Shown here one piece after another: positions 30,544 through 40,071 of a stretch of DNA of 64,000 nt. The stretch's first letter is position 1. Each line of letters opens with the position of its first letter. Below the pieces are notes generated by a model. The model was not told where the DNA came from, did no database searches, and was given only the letters and a program-made list of their open reading frames with translations. The DNA is taken from sequence record SRR22947727_1573; one strand, given 5' to 3'. The position numbers and the translations under genes are program-made.

Positions 30544-32052
30544 ATGTCCGCGTTTGAACAAAATATCGAAAAACTCAATGGCCATTTGGCGCGCTTCCAG
30601 CGCAGCGGCATCCTGCACCGGATCGCGGGGGCGGATCATGCGGGCGGCGGCGGTGTCTTTGAAACCCTCTCCCCGGTGGATAAATCCACAATCTGCCAGG
30701 TGGCGCGCGGCGACGCAGGCGATATTGATAAGGCAGCTAAAGCGGCCAAAGCGGCCTTTCCAGCCTGGCGCGATATGCCCGCCAAACAGCGCAAGGCTAT
30801 TTTGATCAAAATTGCCGAGGGCATTGAAGCCCGCGCCGAAGAAATCGCACTCTGCGAATGCTGGGACACCGGCCAGGCCTGGCGCTTCATGTCAAAAGCG
30901 GCCATTCGCGGGGCGGAGAATTTTCGCTATTTTGCCGATCAAGTGGAGGCCGCCCGAGATGGGCAGCATTTGCAATCGGCCACATTGATGAACATCACCA
31001 CAAGGGTGCCCATCGGCCCAGTGGGTGTGATTACCCCTTGGAATACGCCCTTTATGCTCTCCACATGGAAAATTGCCCCTGCCCTCGCAGCTGGTTGCAC
31101 CGTGGTGCATAAGCCCGCAGAGGCCTCGCCGCTCACGGCCCGGATCTTGGTGGAAATTGCCGAAGAGGCCGGCCTGCCTCCCGGGGTTCTAAACACGGTT
31201 CAAGGCTATGGCGAGGATGCCGGCAAGGCGCTCACAGAACACCCTGACATCAAGGCCATCGCATTTGTTGGGGAGAGCCGCACCGGTTCTATGATTACCA
31301 AACAGGGCGCAGATACGTTGAAGCGGACGCATTTCGAATTGGGCGGCAAAAATCCCGTCATCGTCTTTGAAGATGCGGATTTGGAACGTGCTTTGGATGC
31401 GGTGATCTTCATGATCTATTCCATCAACGGCGAACGCTGCACCTCCTCCTCGCGGCTTTTGATCCATGAGACCATCAAGGACGCTTTTGAATCCCGGTTG
31501 ATTGAGCGGGTCAATAAGATCAAAGTCGGCCACCCGCTCGATCCTGCCACTGAAATCGGGCCACTGATCAGCGAAGAGCATTTCGCCAAGGTCACCTCCT
31601 ATTTCGATATTGCCAAAAACGATGGGGCCCAAGTGGCCGCTGGCGGGGAAGTTCTTGGCGACACCGGATATTTCATCCGCCCAACCCTCTTTACGGAGGC
31701 GCATAATGCCATGCGCATTGCCCAAGAGGAAATTTTCGGCCCGGTTCTCACCTCCATTCCATTTGCCAGTGAAGATCAGGCCCTTCAGATTGCAAATGAC
31801 ACGCCCTACGGGCTCACCGCCTACCTATGGACCAATGACCTGACCCGCGCGTTGCGTTTTACTGACAAGCTTGAGGCGGGCATGATCTGGGTGAATAGCG
31901 AAAACGTCCGGCACCTGCCCACCCCCTTCGGCGGCGTCAAGGCCAGCGGAATTGGCCGGGACGGCGGCGATTGGAGCTTTGAATTTTATATGGAGCAAAA
32001 GCACATTGGCTTTGCCACCGGAGCCCATAAAATTTCACGCCTAGGCGTCTGA
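30544..32052 (+). CDS. hpaE: 5-carboxymethyl-2-hydroxymuconate semialdehyde dehydrogenase
   Basis: ALDH motifs with INGERCT, WVNSENVRHLPTPFGG; hpa context. Confidence 0.9.
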   Translation: MSAFEQNIEKLNGHLARFQRSGILHRIAGADHAGGGGVFETLSPVDKSTICQVARGDAGDIDKAAKAAKAAFPAWRDMPAKQRKAILIKIAEGIEARAEEIALCECWDTGQAWRFMSKAAIRGAENFRYFADQVEAARDGQHLQSATLMNITTRVPIGPVGVITPWNTPFMLSTWKIAPALAAGCTVVHKPAEASPLTARILVEIAEEAGLPPGVLNTVQGYGEDAGKALTEHPDIKAIAFVGESRTGSMITKQGADTLKRTHFELGGKNPVIVFEDADLERALDAVIFMIYSINGERCTSSSRLLIHETIKDAFESRLIERVNKIKVGHPLDPATEIGPLISEEHFAKVTSYFDIAKNDGAQVAAGGEVLGDTGYFIRPTLFTEAHNAMRIAQEEIFGPVLTSIPFASEDQALQIANDTPYGLTAYLWTNDLTRALRFTDKLEAGMIWVNSENVRHLPTPFGGVKASGIGRDGGDWSFEFYMEQKHIGFATGAHKISRLGV

Positions 32053-32075
32053 CCTCAGAATTAAAGGAACCCAAA

Positions 32076-33059
32076 ATGCCAGTTCCCAGCCCAAATCTTT
32101 ACCCAAGCTTCAACACCGTTCGCCTCAGCCATGCCTGCCTCAACGTCGCGGACTTAGGCCGCTCAAAGACCTTTTACACGGAAATTCTGGGTTTGCAGGT
32201 CTCGGATGAAACAGACAGCCATGTCTATCTGCGCGCCATGGAAGAGCGCGGCCATCACAGCGTGATTTTGCAAAAATCCGATCTTCCCGGCACGGTGGAG
32301 GTCATGGGCTTTAAGACCTATGATGAGGCAGATTTAGATCGGGCCGAAGCGGAGTTTCGTGCCAAAGGCTGCCCGACACAATGGGTCGAGCGCCCCTATC
32401 AGGGCCGAACCTTGTTGACCGAGGATAATATTGGAATTCCTTTAGAATTTTATCATAAAATGGATCGCCTGCCCTCTCTGCACCAGAAATTTGCACTCTA
32501 TCGCGGCGTGAAACCTTTGCGGATTGATCATTTCAATTGCTTCTCGCCCGATGTCGACGCCTCAGTGGCGTTCTACAATGACATTGGCTTTCGGGTGACC
32601 GAATATACCGAGGATGAGGCCAGTGGCAAACTCTGGGCCGCATGGATGCATCGCAAAGGCGGCGTGCATGATATGGCCTTCACCAATGGCCGCGGGCCTC
32701 GGATGCACCATATCGCATTTTGGGTGCCGACGCCGCTGAACATCATTGACCTGCTCGATCTCATGGCCACCACTGGCTATGTCAGCAATATCGAGCGCGG
32801 ACCGGGGCGGCACGGCATTTCAAACGCCTTTTTCTTGTATATCCTGGACCCAGATGGGCATCGCATTGAAATCTATTGCTCAGATTATCAAACTGTGGAC
32901 CCCGATCATGAGCCCATCAAATGGGACCTCAAAGATCCGCAACGGCAAACCCTATGGGGCGCGGCGGCGCCAAAAAGCTGGTTTGAACATGGCACGGAGT
33001 TCACGGAGGTTGCGCCGCGCGACAGCGCCTTGAACGCCACGCCGATCATCGCGCCGTAA
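32076..33059 (+). CDS. hpaD: 3,4-dihydroxyphenylacetate 2,3-dioxygenase (VOC extradiol type)
   Basis: RIDHFN, HRKGGVHD, ERGPGRHGISNAFFLY and GHRIEIY motifs. Confidence 0.92.
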   Translation: MPVPSPNLYPSFNTVRLSHACLNVADLGRSKTFYTEILGLQVSDETDSHVYLRAMEERGHHSVILQKSDLPGTVEVMGFKTYDEADLDRAEAEFRAKGCPTQWVERPYQGRTLLTEDNIGIPLEFYHKMDRLPSLHQKFALYRGVKPLRIDHFNCFSPDVDASVAFYNDIGFRVTEYTEDEASGKLWAAWMHRKGGVHDMAFTNGRGPRMHHIAFWVPTPLNIIDLLDLMATTGYVSNIERGPGRHGISNAFFLYILDPDGHRIEIYCSDYQTVDPDHEPIKWDLKDPQRQTLWGAAAPKSWFEHGTEFTEVAPRDSALNATPIIAP

Positions 33060-33070
33060 GCGCCGCGCGC

Positions 33071-34075
33071 TCAGCTTCCGATTGTTTCCACTTGGGCCAG
33101 CAGCTCTTGTGCCGCCCTGATCCCTCTTGCGGTGCTGTGTAGCATCGCAGGCAAAATCATCCATTCCAGCGCCCAAGCCGCCCCAGAGCGTTCTTGCTCG
33201 TGGATCAAAGCCTGATGCATCCCGCCAAGCTGAACAGAATTATAGCGCGCCAGGGTGACCAATAGCTCCGCCAAAATTGGGTTTTGTTTATGGGGCATGG
33301 CCGAGGAAGAGCCGCCTGCGCGCAAGCGCATCTCATCCACGCCTTGCTGGGTCATGAGCGAAATATCCTTGCCCATTTTGCCTAAGCTGCCAGACACCAG
33401 CGACAGCCAATTGGCCAATTCGGCAAATCCATCGCGCATGGCGTGCCAGCTTTTATCCGGCGCGGCCAATCCCAATTGCGCCGCAAGCGCAGCCCCGCCC
33501 GCGCCAAGGCCCACCGGGCCGCCACACTGCACGCAGAGCACACGCGCGCGCACCTCATCGAGCCGCGCGATATGGCGCTCCAAGGGCATCCGCCAAGTGA
33601 CAAGGCGATCTGCAACCGTTATGGGAAGCGCGGCCTGCATACGCGTGCGCCCCATCAAGGCACCGCCGCCATGTGCTTGCGTCAATTGCGCCAAATCCGC
33701 CTGCAACGCGATCAATCCCTGCCGGAAGATCGGTAAAATGTCCTTCAAAGATAAAACCAGGGCCGTGTCCATCACGTCTTGGCTGGTCAGCCCTCGGTGG
33801 ATATCCCCATGCAACTCTGGCGAGATCTGCGCCTTGAGACAGCGCACCAACTGAGGAACAGGCACCCCATCCGTGGCCGTTCCCTCTGTCAAATCTTCTG
33901 GGCCTATCCGGGCCGCCTCAATCGCGCGGGCCGCAGATTCATTGCCCAATGACCGGCTGTGCGCCGCTTCAATGCGCAGCATATGCGCCAATTGCACCTC
34001 AGCAGACAGGTGCTCCGCAACGCCTTTGTCGCCGAAGAGGCCTGTCATCCAGGCATGGTCAAATACCGTCGTCAT
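33071..34075 (-). CDS. pcaB: 3-carboxy-cis,cis-muconate cycloisomerase
   Basis: HRGLTSQD, GRTRMQ and GGSSSAMPHKQNP fumarase-superfamily signature; pca context. Confidence 0.9.
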   Translation of the reverse strand: MTTVFDHAWMTGLFGDKGVAEHLSAEVQLAHMLRIEAAHSRSLGNESAARAIEAARIGPEDLTEGTATDGVPVPQLVRCLKAQISPELHGDIHRGLTSQDVMDTALVLSLKDILPIFRQGLIALQADLAQLTQAHGGGALMGRTRMQAALPITVADRLVTWRMPLERHIARLDEVRARVLCVQCGGPVGLGAGGAALAAQLGLAAPDKSWHAMRDGFAELANWLSLVSGSLGKMGKDISLMTQQGVDEMRLRAGGSSSAMPHKQNPILAELLVTLARYNSVQLGGMHQALIHEQERSGAAWALEWMILPAMLHSTARGIRAAQELLAQVETIGS

Positions 34076-34914
34076 ACGGCCCGCAAACCGAGAATTTCGC
34101 GCGCTTGCGCCGGGCTTGCGACCGGGCGCTCATAGCGGGTGCAAAGTTCAGCGGCACGGGCGATCAAAGCGGCATTCGACGGGGCCAGCGTGTTGCGGTC
34201 GAGGCGCACATTGTCCTCAAGCCCAGCGCGGGTATGGCCACCTGCCGCGATGGCCCATTCATTCACAACCAATTGATTGGGCCCAATACCCGCGGCACAC
34301 CACTCAGCTTGAGGCGCGCGGGCTTGCATCTGCGCCACATAAAAATCAAAAACCGCTCGATCTGCCGGCATGGCATTTTTCACACCCATGACAAATTGCA
34401 CATAGAGCTTGCCGAATAGTTTCCCCTCGTCATGCAGGCGCAGAGCTTGCAAGATATGTGACAGATCAAAGGCTTCAACCTCCGGCACCACTTCATATTT
34501 TTGCATTTCACTGGCCAGCCAAGCCACCAAATCTGGCGGATTCTCATAAACCCGTGTGGGAAAGTTGTTCGAGCCGACAGAGAGGGAGGCCATATCCGGT
34601 CTCAAGGGCAACATTCCGCCGCGCTCTTGCCCCGCACCAGAACGGCCACCCGTTGAAAACTGAATGATGACATCCGGGCTGTGCCGGCGCAGCTCCTCTT
34701 GCAGGCGGGCGAATTTCTCCGGGTCGCTGCTGGGTGTTTCATCGGCGTTGCGCACATGGGCATGAATGATCGAAGCGCCTGCCTCCACCGCGGCCAAGCT
34801 GCTCTCGACCTGCTCAGAAATACTGATAGGCACAGCTGGGTTGGCGGCTTTTGTTGGCACTGAACCGGTGATGGCGCAGCACAAAATGCAAGGTTTGTTG
34901 TGCAGATCAGACAT
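34072..34914 (-). CDS. Beta-keto acid cleavage enzyme (BKACE/DUF849)
   Basis: CAITGS, GASIIHAHVR (HxH), STGG and RAGLEDN motifs. Confidence 0.9.
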   Translation of the reverse strand: MSDLHNKPCILCCAITGSVPTKAANPAVPISISEQVESSLAAVEAGASIIHAHVRNADETPSSDPEKFARLQEELRRHSPDVIIQFSTGGRSGAGQERGGMLPLRPDMASLSVGSNNFPTRVYENPPDLVAWLASEMQKYEVVPEVEAFDLSHILQALRLHDEGKLFGKLYVQFVMGVKNAMPADRAVFDFYVAQMQARAPQAEWCAAGIGPNQLVVNEWAIAAGGHTRAGLEDNVRLDRNTLAPSNAALIARAAELCTRYERPVASPAQAREILGLRAV

Positions 34915-35467
34915 TGATAAATACCGTTTCCTTGTCACCCTGCAGGTGGATGTTGAAGATGTAGCCATCATCACCGGATCGCTTGGCGATCAAGGTAGAC
35001 CGGCGGCTGGGCTCATTAATCGCCGCCAGAATGGGATCTAGCCCCTGGGGCTCATCCTCAAAATAAATTCGTGTGTGCAGCCCCAAGTTGATGCCGCGCG
35101 CCACAACCCAAACTTTCACATGCGCAGCCTCGTCACCTGTGGCGGCAGGAAGAATCGTCTCCAAACGGTAGCGGCCCGCCTCAGGATCCACCGCCCTGCG
35201 GGCCCAGCCGCCATATGCACCATTGGCACCATAGCGGCCACTGGCATCGGCCTGCCAAAACTCAAGCATCGCATCCAAGACAGGATCACCAGCCCCATCA
35301 AAGATTTGCCCCGAAATGACTATTTTGCGCCCCGGTACATCGGGCGGAAAGATATCTGCGCCCAAATCATGACCACCATACATATTTTTCAAGCCCGTAA
35401 CCTTGGGCGTGCAGCCGATATGCACATAGGGACCGGCGGTTTGAGATGCGCTTTGCGAGCCGGACAT
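34907..35467 (-). CDS. pcaG: Protocatechuate 3,4-dioxygenase alpha subunit
   Basis: SQTAGPYVHIG, EFWQADA and ARGINLGLHTRIYF motifs. Confidence 0.93.
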   Translation of the reverse strand: MSGSQSASQTAGPYVHIGCTPKVTGLKNMYGGHDLGADIFPPDVPGRKIVISGQIFDGAGDPVLDAMLEFWQADASGRYGANGAYGGWARRAVDPEAGRYRLETILPAATGDEAAHVKVWVVARGINLGLHTRIYFEDEPQGLDPILAAINEPSRRSTLIAKRSGDDGYIFNIHLQGDKETVFINV

Positions 35468-36195
35468 CAATTCCCCTCCAACTTATTTTCAAACAGGGTG
35501 GACGCGCGGCCACGCAGCACAATGTCAAAGCGGAACGCCCGAAACCCCATCGGCACCGTATGCGCCATGTCCAACCGCGCAGTTAATCGATCAATCGCCT
35601 TTGGGTCCGCTATGGTTTGAACGATGGGGCAAAGTGGAATATGCGGGTCGCCTTCGAAATACATCTGCGTGATCAACCGCTGCGCCCAGCCTTGGCCAAA
35701 GCAGCTGAAATGAATATGCGCTGGCCGCCAATCATTGCCACCGTTCGGCCAAGGATAAGGACCGGGCCGCACAGTGCGGAAGGAGAAATAGCCATTCTCA
35801 TCCGTCAGCGTCCGGCCACAGCCGCCAAAATTGGGATCCAAAGGCGCCAGATAGCCATCTTTTTTGTGGCGATAACGCCCGCCAGCATTGGCCTGCCAAA
35901 ACTCCAGCAGGGCCTGCGGCACCGGCCGGGCATTTTCGTCCAGAAGATGACCATGCACCATGATTTGCTCGCCAATGGCCGCAGAGCCCGGTGCGGCATA
36001 ATTTATGATCAGATCATTGTCGTTGGGGCCAATGACATCATGCCCAAAGGTGGGCCCGGTCAGCTCTCCCGGCCCTTGCTCGAGGCTCAAGAGCTTATGG
36101 CTGGGCGCGCGAAGCCGCGAGGAGCGATAATCTGGGGTCAAGGCAGGCGGCTGCAGGCTCATATCCTGCGGGTTAAAGGGGTCGGTCTCACTCAC
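35467..36195 (-). CDS. pcaH: Protocatechuate 3,4-dioxygenase beta subunit
   Basis: WQANAGGRYRH and PGPYPWPN..WRPAHIHFS iron-ligand motifs. Confidence 0.95.
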   Translation of the reverse strand: MSETDPFNPQDMSLQPPALTPDYRSSRLRAPSHKLLSLEQGPGELTGPTFGHDVIGPNDNDLIINYAAPGSAAIGEQIMVHGHLLDENARPVPQALLEFWQANAGGRYRHKKDGYLAPLDPNFGGCGRTLTDENGYFSFRTVRPGPYPWPNGGNDWRPAHIHFSCFGQGWAQRLITQMYFEGDPHIPLCPIVQTIADPKAIDRLTARLDMAHTVPMGFRAFRFDIVLRGRASTLFENKLEGN

Positions 36196-36578
36196 GATGC
36201 ATCCTCCATGTCCGCAAAGGTCTCCTTGGCGATTTTGATCGCGTGATTGGCCGTCGGCACGCCGGCATAAATGGCCACATGCAAGATCAGCTCTTGGATA
36301 TCCGCGCGGCTTGCACCTGTATTGGCGGTGGCGCGGATATGCATGGCGACCTCATCCCAATGCCCCTGCGCGCAGAGCAAAGCCAGGGTCACAATCGATC
36401 GCTGCCGGTGATCCCAGGTTGGCCGCGACCAGACATGTCCCCAGGCCGCTTCGGTAATCAAATCTTGAAAAGGCGCGTCAAACGCCGATGTCTGCGCCTG
36501 CGCACGCGCAACATGCGCCTCGCCTAGGACAGCGCGCCGCGTGGCCAACCCCTCCTCATGCCGTTTTGAAGTTGTCAT
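36192..36578 (-). CDS. pcaC: 4-carboxymuconolactone decarboxylase
   Basis: RRAVLGEAHV, AWGHVWSR and AIYAGVP motifs. Confidence 0.93.
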   Translation of the reverse strand: MTTSKRHEEGLATRRAVLGEAHVARAQAQTSAFDAPFQDLITEAAWGHVWSRPTWDHRQRSIVTLALLCAQGHWDEVAMHIRATANTGASRADIQELILHVAIYAGVPTANHAIKIAKETFADMEDAS

Positions 36579-36707
36579 GCGCCACGCCCTTTGAATGCAG
36601 ATGTCAGCCGGAGCTCGAAACAGCCGCTCGGCTCATCTTAGTGAGGATCACAATGAAAACTTATCAATCGGTGGTCAAGTCGATACGGCCGGAAACAAGC
36701 CAGGGTG

Positions 36708-36785
36708 TCACCGAAAGAGATAAATGCAGAATATTGAGCAGAAAACCAAAATCTCTGTCGCTGTTAGTATCTGTAGAATGCCCAT
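36708..36785 (-). CDS. Putative 25-aa single-pass membrane peptide (MGILQILTATEILVFCSIFCIYLFR)
   Basis: Manual translation; GAAAGGA RBS 6 nt before the ATG; one hydrophobic helix ending in Arg; divergent from the response regulator. Confidence 0.6.
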   Translation of the reverse strand: MGILQILTATEILVFCSIFCIYLFR

Positions 36786-36933
36786 CTACTGTCCTTTCAT
36801 TGCGGGTTACACCAATGGGCCGGGCTGCGCGATATGCTGAGGGAGAAGTGCATCCAACCCGGCCCATCCTCGAGCCTGACCCCTTTGACCCTAGGGCCCG
36901 CTTTTGCAGAGCATTTCAGCGCCGCGTGCAAAT

Positions 36934-36963
36934 TTTGTGATCCTTTGTGCAGATCCTGTGCAG
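36934..36963. promoter_or_regulatory. Direct repeats, candidate OmpR-family binding site
   Basis: TTTGTG (36934), TTTGTG (36944) and CCTGTG (36955) spaced 10-11 bp apart in the divergent promoter region. Confidence 0.45.
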
Positions 36964-37034
36964 CCGGCCGCATTTTCTTTGTGCTCATAGCCGGGCTATG
37001 CCACTGTCTACGCAATCACAGGTGAGCTCAGCGC

Positions 37035-37721
37035 ATGACACAGATCATTATTGTAGATGACGAAGTTGAAATACTTGCACCACTGGAGCAGATGTTGACC
37101 CAAGAAGGGTATCACGTCAGCGCCTTTTCCTCGAGCCTGGCCGCACAGGCGCATCTTCAGCAACACAGCGTTGATCTCGCGATCTTTGACATAAAAATTC
37201 CCGAAATGGATGGGTTTTCTCTCCTGAAATCCGTTCGGGCGAAAACGCCCAATCTGCCGATCATTTTCTTATCATCTAAGGCGGAGGAGCAAGATCAAAT
37301 CATCGGTTTCAGCCTTGGGGCCGATGATTATATCACCAAACCCTTTAGCAAACATCTGTTACTGTTCCGCGTGGCCGCCGTCTTGCGCCGGCATTCGGTC
37401 GGCGCTGTGACCAATTTGGATGCACCGGTGCGCGCCGGGCAGCTAACCATTGACCAGGATCGCCATTTGGTAACCTGGGCGACTATGGCGGTGGATTTAA
37501 CAGTGACCGAATGTTTGTTGCTTCTGGCGATGGCGCAGCGGCCCGGTGTCGTCAAAACCCGAAACCAGCTGATGGATGCCGCCTATCGAGAAGCGATTTA
37601 CGTCAGTGACCGCACCATCGACAGTCACATTCGCAATATTCGTCAAAAGCTGAAAGCCGTGGATCCAACCTGCGATATCATTTCGACAGTCCACGGGCTC
37701 GGCTATCGGCTTCAGGGCTAG
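37035..37721 (+). CDS. OmpR-family response regulator, ChvI-like
   Basis: Receiver domain (VDDE, FDIKIPEMDG, GADDYITKPF) and VKTRNQLMDAAY..DRTIDSHI winged helix. Confidence 0.9.
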   Translation: MTQIIIVDDEVEILAPLEQMLTQEGYHVSAFSSSLAAQAHLQQHSVDLAIFDIKIPEMDGFSLLKSVRAKTPNLPIIFLSSKAEEQDQIIGFSLGADDYITKPFSKHLLLFRVAAVLRRHSVGAVTNLDAPVRAGQLTIDQDRHLVTWATMAVDLTVTECLLLLAMAQRPGVVKTRNQLMDAAYREAIYVSDRTIDSHIRNIRQKLKAVDPTCDIISTVHGLGYRLQG

Positions 37722-37726
37722 ACCCA

Positions 37727-39268
37727 ATGTTTCGTGGAATATTATCAAAAATCCTCGGCCTGTTGGTGATGTTCAATCTCGCGCTTTGGGCCTTTGTCAT
37801 TGCGACCGAAGATGCCGCTTTGGTGGAAATCCGCAGCAAGAAGGACCGGCTATTTGAGCGGTCCAATTTCTATGTAAAATTGCTCCAACCCATTTTTCAG
37901 CAGGACGAATTGAGTGAATTTGATCGCCGTCTGGCCATTGAAGCCGTGCTGCTGGACAGCGCTCTGGCCGGTACGGACCGCCTCAAACTGTCCAGTCTTT
38001 TGGCGGATACACAACTCACCTATTTCGATGGGGCAAATCCGCGGATCAGCGCACCGATTGAGGTGCGGCCACTGCCGGATGCGCCGGAGCCGGACTTCAC
38101 ACCACAGGCGCATGGCTTCGATCCGTTTGAGCAGCTGTTTGTGCTGTATAAAAGCCTATTTGATTTGCAGATTGTGACCGAGCCCTATGAGCCAAAACGT
38201 GCGCGTTTCACTCGGCATTTTCAACTGCTTAATCCAGTATCGGATCTGTATGAATTGAGCTATCTCGTGCCAATCCGTGTGGATGGGCGCCCGCGCGCTG
38301 TGCTGGAACTTTCGGACAGCTACTATCTGCGTGAGGCCTATTTTGGGAAAAACAAGTCGCGGCTCATGGTTTTGACTGGCCTATCGGGCATCACCATTGT
38401 CTTTGGTGCGATCTTAGCAATTTCAATCGCGATGCCCATTCGCCGGCTCTCACGGCGGCTGAACCGACGATTGAAAGCTGAAACTTTGGTTGAGCAATTG
38501 GAGGGGTTTGAAATCGAAGCTTTTGAGACACGGCGCGATGAGGTGGGGCGTCTCTACCGCAACCTCAGTCGGTTGCATCGGCAAATCATCACACTGTTCC
38601 ATGATAAAGAACGCTTCGCAGCCGATGTCTCACATGAGCTCAAAAATCCAATCGCATCGATTATTGCCAATACGCAAAACGCAATGGCTGAGGCCAACAC
38701 AGCCGAGCGGCAAAAATTTGCCGCCATTCAAAATCAGGCGGTGCGTATGAACAAATTGATTTCAGAAATTTCCGAGGCGGCGATTGTCGATCATGATCTG
38801 GTGGCTGCCAAACGCGAGCGGTTCAATTTTTCTGAGACAATAGGTGATCTGATTGGCTTCTTTGATCCGGCGGCTAAGGAGGTGCAGCTGCGTCTGACTT
38901 TTGACATACAAAGTCATATTCATTTCACCGGTCTGCCAGATCGCCTGGCGCGGGTGGTGATCAATCTGGTTGAAAATGCCTTAAGTTTTGCCGGTCCTCA
39001 AGGTCAGGTGCATGTCACTCTTTTGAAAACATGGCGTCAAGGCATCGTCTTGACTGTCGCCGATACCGGGCCGGGCGTTCCTATGGCCGATCGCAGCAAA
39101 ATCTTTGAGCGTTTCTATAGCGCCCGCGAGGGCCAAGACGCGCGGGAGGGGAACTCCGGCTTGGGGCTATATATCTGCCAGCAGATTATCGAAGCCCATG
39201 GCGGATCACTCACGGTGACACAATGCCCACAGCTGGGCGGTGCACTGTTTGAGATCACCCTGTCCTAA
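37727..39268 (+). CDS. Sensor histidine kinase, ChvG-like
   Basis: Two TM segments, periplasmic domain, HAMP (RRDEVG), FAADVSHELKNP H-box and N/G1/F/G2 boxes. Confidence 0.9.
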   Translation: MFRGILSKILGLLVMFNLALWAFVIATEDAALVEIRSKKDRLFERSNFYVKLLQPIFQQDELSEFDRRLAIEAVLLDSALAGTDRLKLSSLLADTQLTYFDGANPRISAPIEVRPLPDAPEPDFTPQAHGFDPFEQLFVLYKSLFDLQIVTEPYEPKRARFTRHFQLLNPVSDLYELSYLVPIRVDGRPRAVLELSDSYYLREAYFGKNKSRLMVLTGLSGITIVFGAILAISIAMPIRRLSRRLNRRLKAETLVEQLEGFEIEAFETRRDEVGRLYRNLSRLHRQIITLFHDKERFAADVSHELKNPIASIIANTQNAMAEANTAERQKFAAIQNQAVRMNKLISEISEAAIVDHDLVAAKRERFNFSETIGDLIGFFDPAAKEVQLRLTFDIQSHIHFTGLPDRLARVVINLVENALSFAGPQGQVHVTLLKTWRQGIVLTVADTGPGVPMADRSKIFERFYSAREGQDAREGNSGLGLYICQQIIEAHGGSLTVTQCPQLGGALFEITLS

Positions 39269-39280
39269 CCTGATGCGCCT

Positions 39281-39517
39281 TTACCGGCGCAGATAGGCCA
39301 CAATAGCCGCGATGAGGGCCACGCCAATAATCGCTTGCGGCGTCACGGCAGAGATCAACAGTGACACATTCGTCATGACGCTGACCACATAGTCACCGGA
39401 GGCCTCCCCCAACAATAGGTATACCAAGATGAGGACAACAAGCACTAGGGACATGAGCTCCGCGGCACGCAAAAGCCAGGATCTCAACTGCGTGAGGTAA
39501 CTGTCTAAATGTTTCAT
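39281..39517 (-). CDS. Small two-helix membrane protein (78 aa)
   Basis: Two hydrophobic segments, basic C-terminus; patterned like 39561-39779. Confidence 0.75.
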   Translation of the reverse strand: MKHLDSYLTQLRSWLLRAAELMSLVLVVLILVYLLLGEASGDYVVSVMTNVSLLISAVTPQAIIGVALIAAIVAYLRR

Positions 39518-39560
39518 CTATACGCCTAGATTGTTGGGAGAAGCGGTTTTTACAAATGGC

Positions 39561-39779
39561 CTATTTTTGGAACAGAGCCAAGACCACACCTAGGGCGATC
39601 AACCCGGCCAGACCCGCGCTTCCAAGCTGCTGTACCAGCGCTGTGATATTGCCCACCACATCGCCCAAAAATGCCATATTATCGGGGCCAACCAACACGG
39701 ATGCGACAATGGCAAGGGCCAGGAGCGCGATGGCTACTTCGGTCAAACTGGTGACCATTTTCTTTGCATTTGCTAACAT
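39561..39779 (-). CDS. Small two-helix membrane protein (72 aa)
   Basis: AGAGGAAAG RBS; two hydrophobic segments with a GDVVGNI..LG..GLAGL pattern. Confidence 0.8.
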   Translation of the reverse strand: MLANAKKMVTSLTEVAIALLALAIVASVLVGPDNMAFLGDVVGNITALVQQLGSAGLAGLIALGVVLALFQK

Positions 39780-40071
39780 AATTCTTTCCTCTGCTACTGC
39801 TGTAGTTCATTTCGTGACTTCAGTAAGCGAATTCTGCGGTTCAAACGGCCCGTACGTCAAGCATTAGTATAAGCAATCTCACTTCCCGCTATATCCAGTG
39901 GGCCAACCCAAATATCATATACATTTGTATTTCAACAAGCATTCGCATGATCGGAGATTTGCAGGTTTATTCTAACAATTGATTAAACTGCCCAGAAAAA
40001 ACGCTTTTTTCGTTCAATGCGATCAAATCCACTCCGCGCAGAGCCGAAGCCCTGCGCGGTGACCTGCGAGG

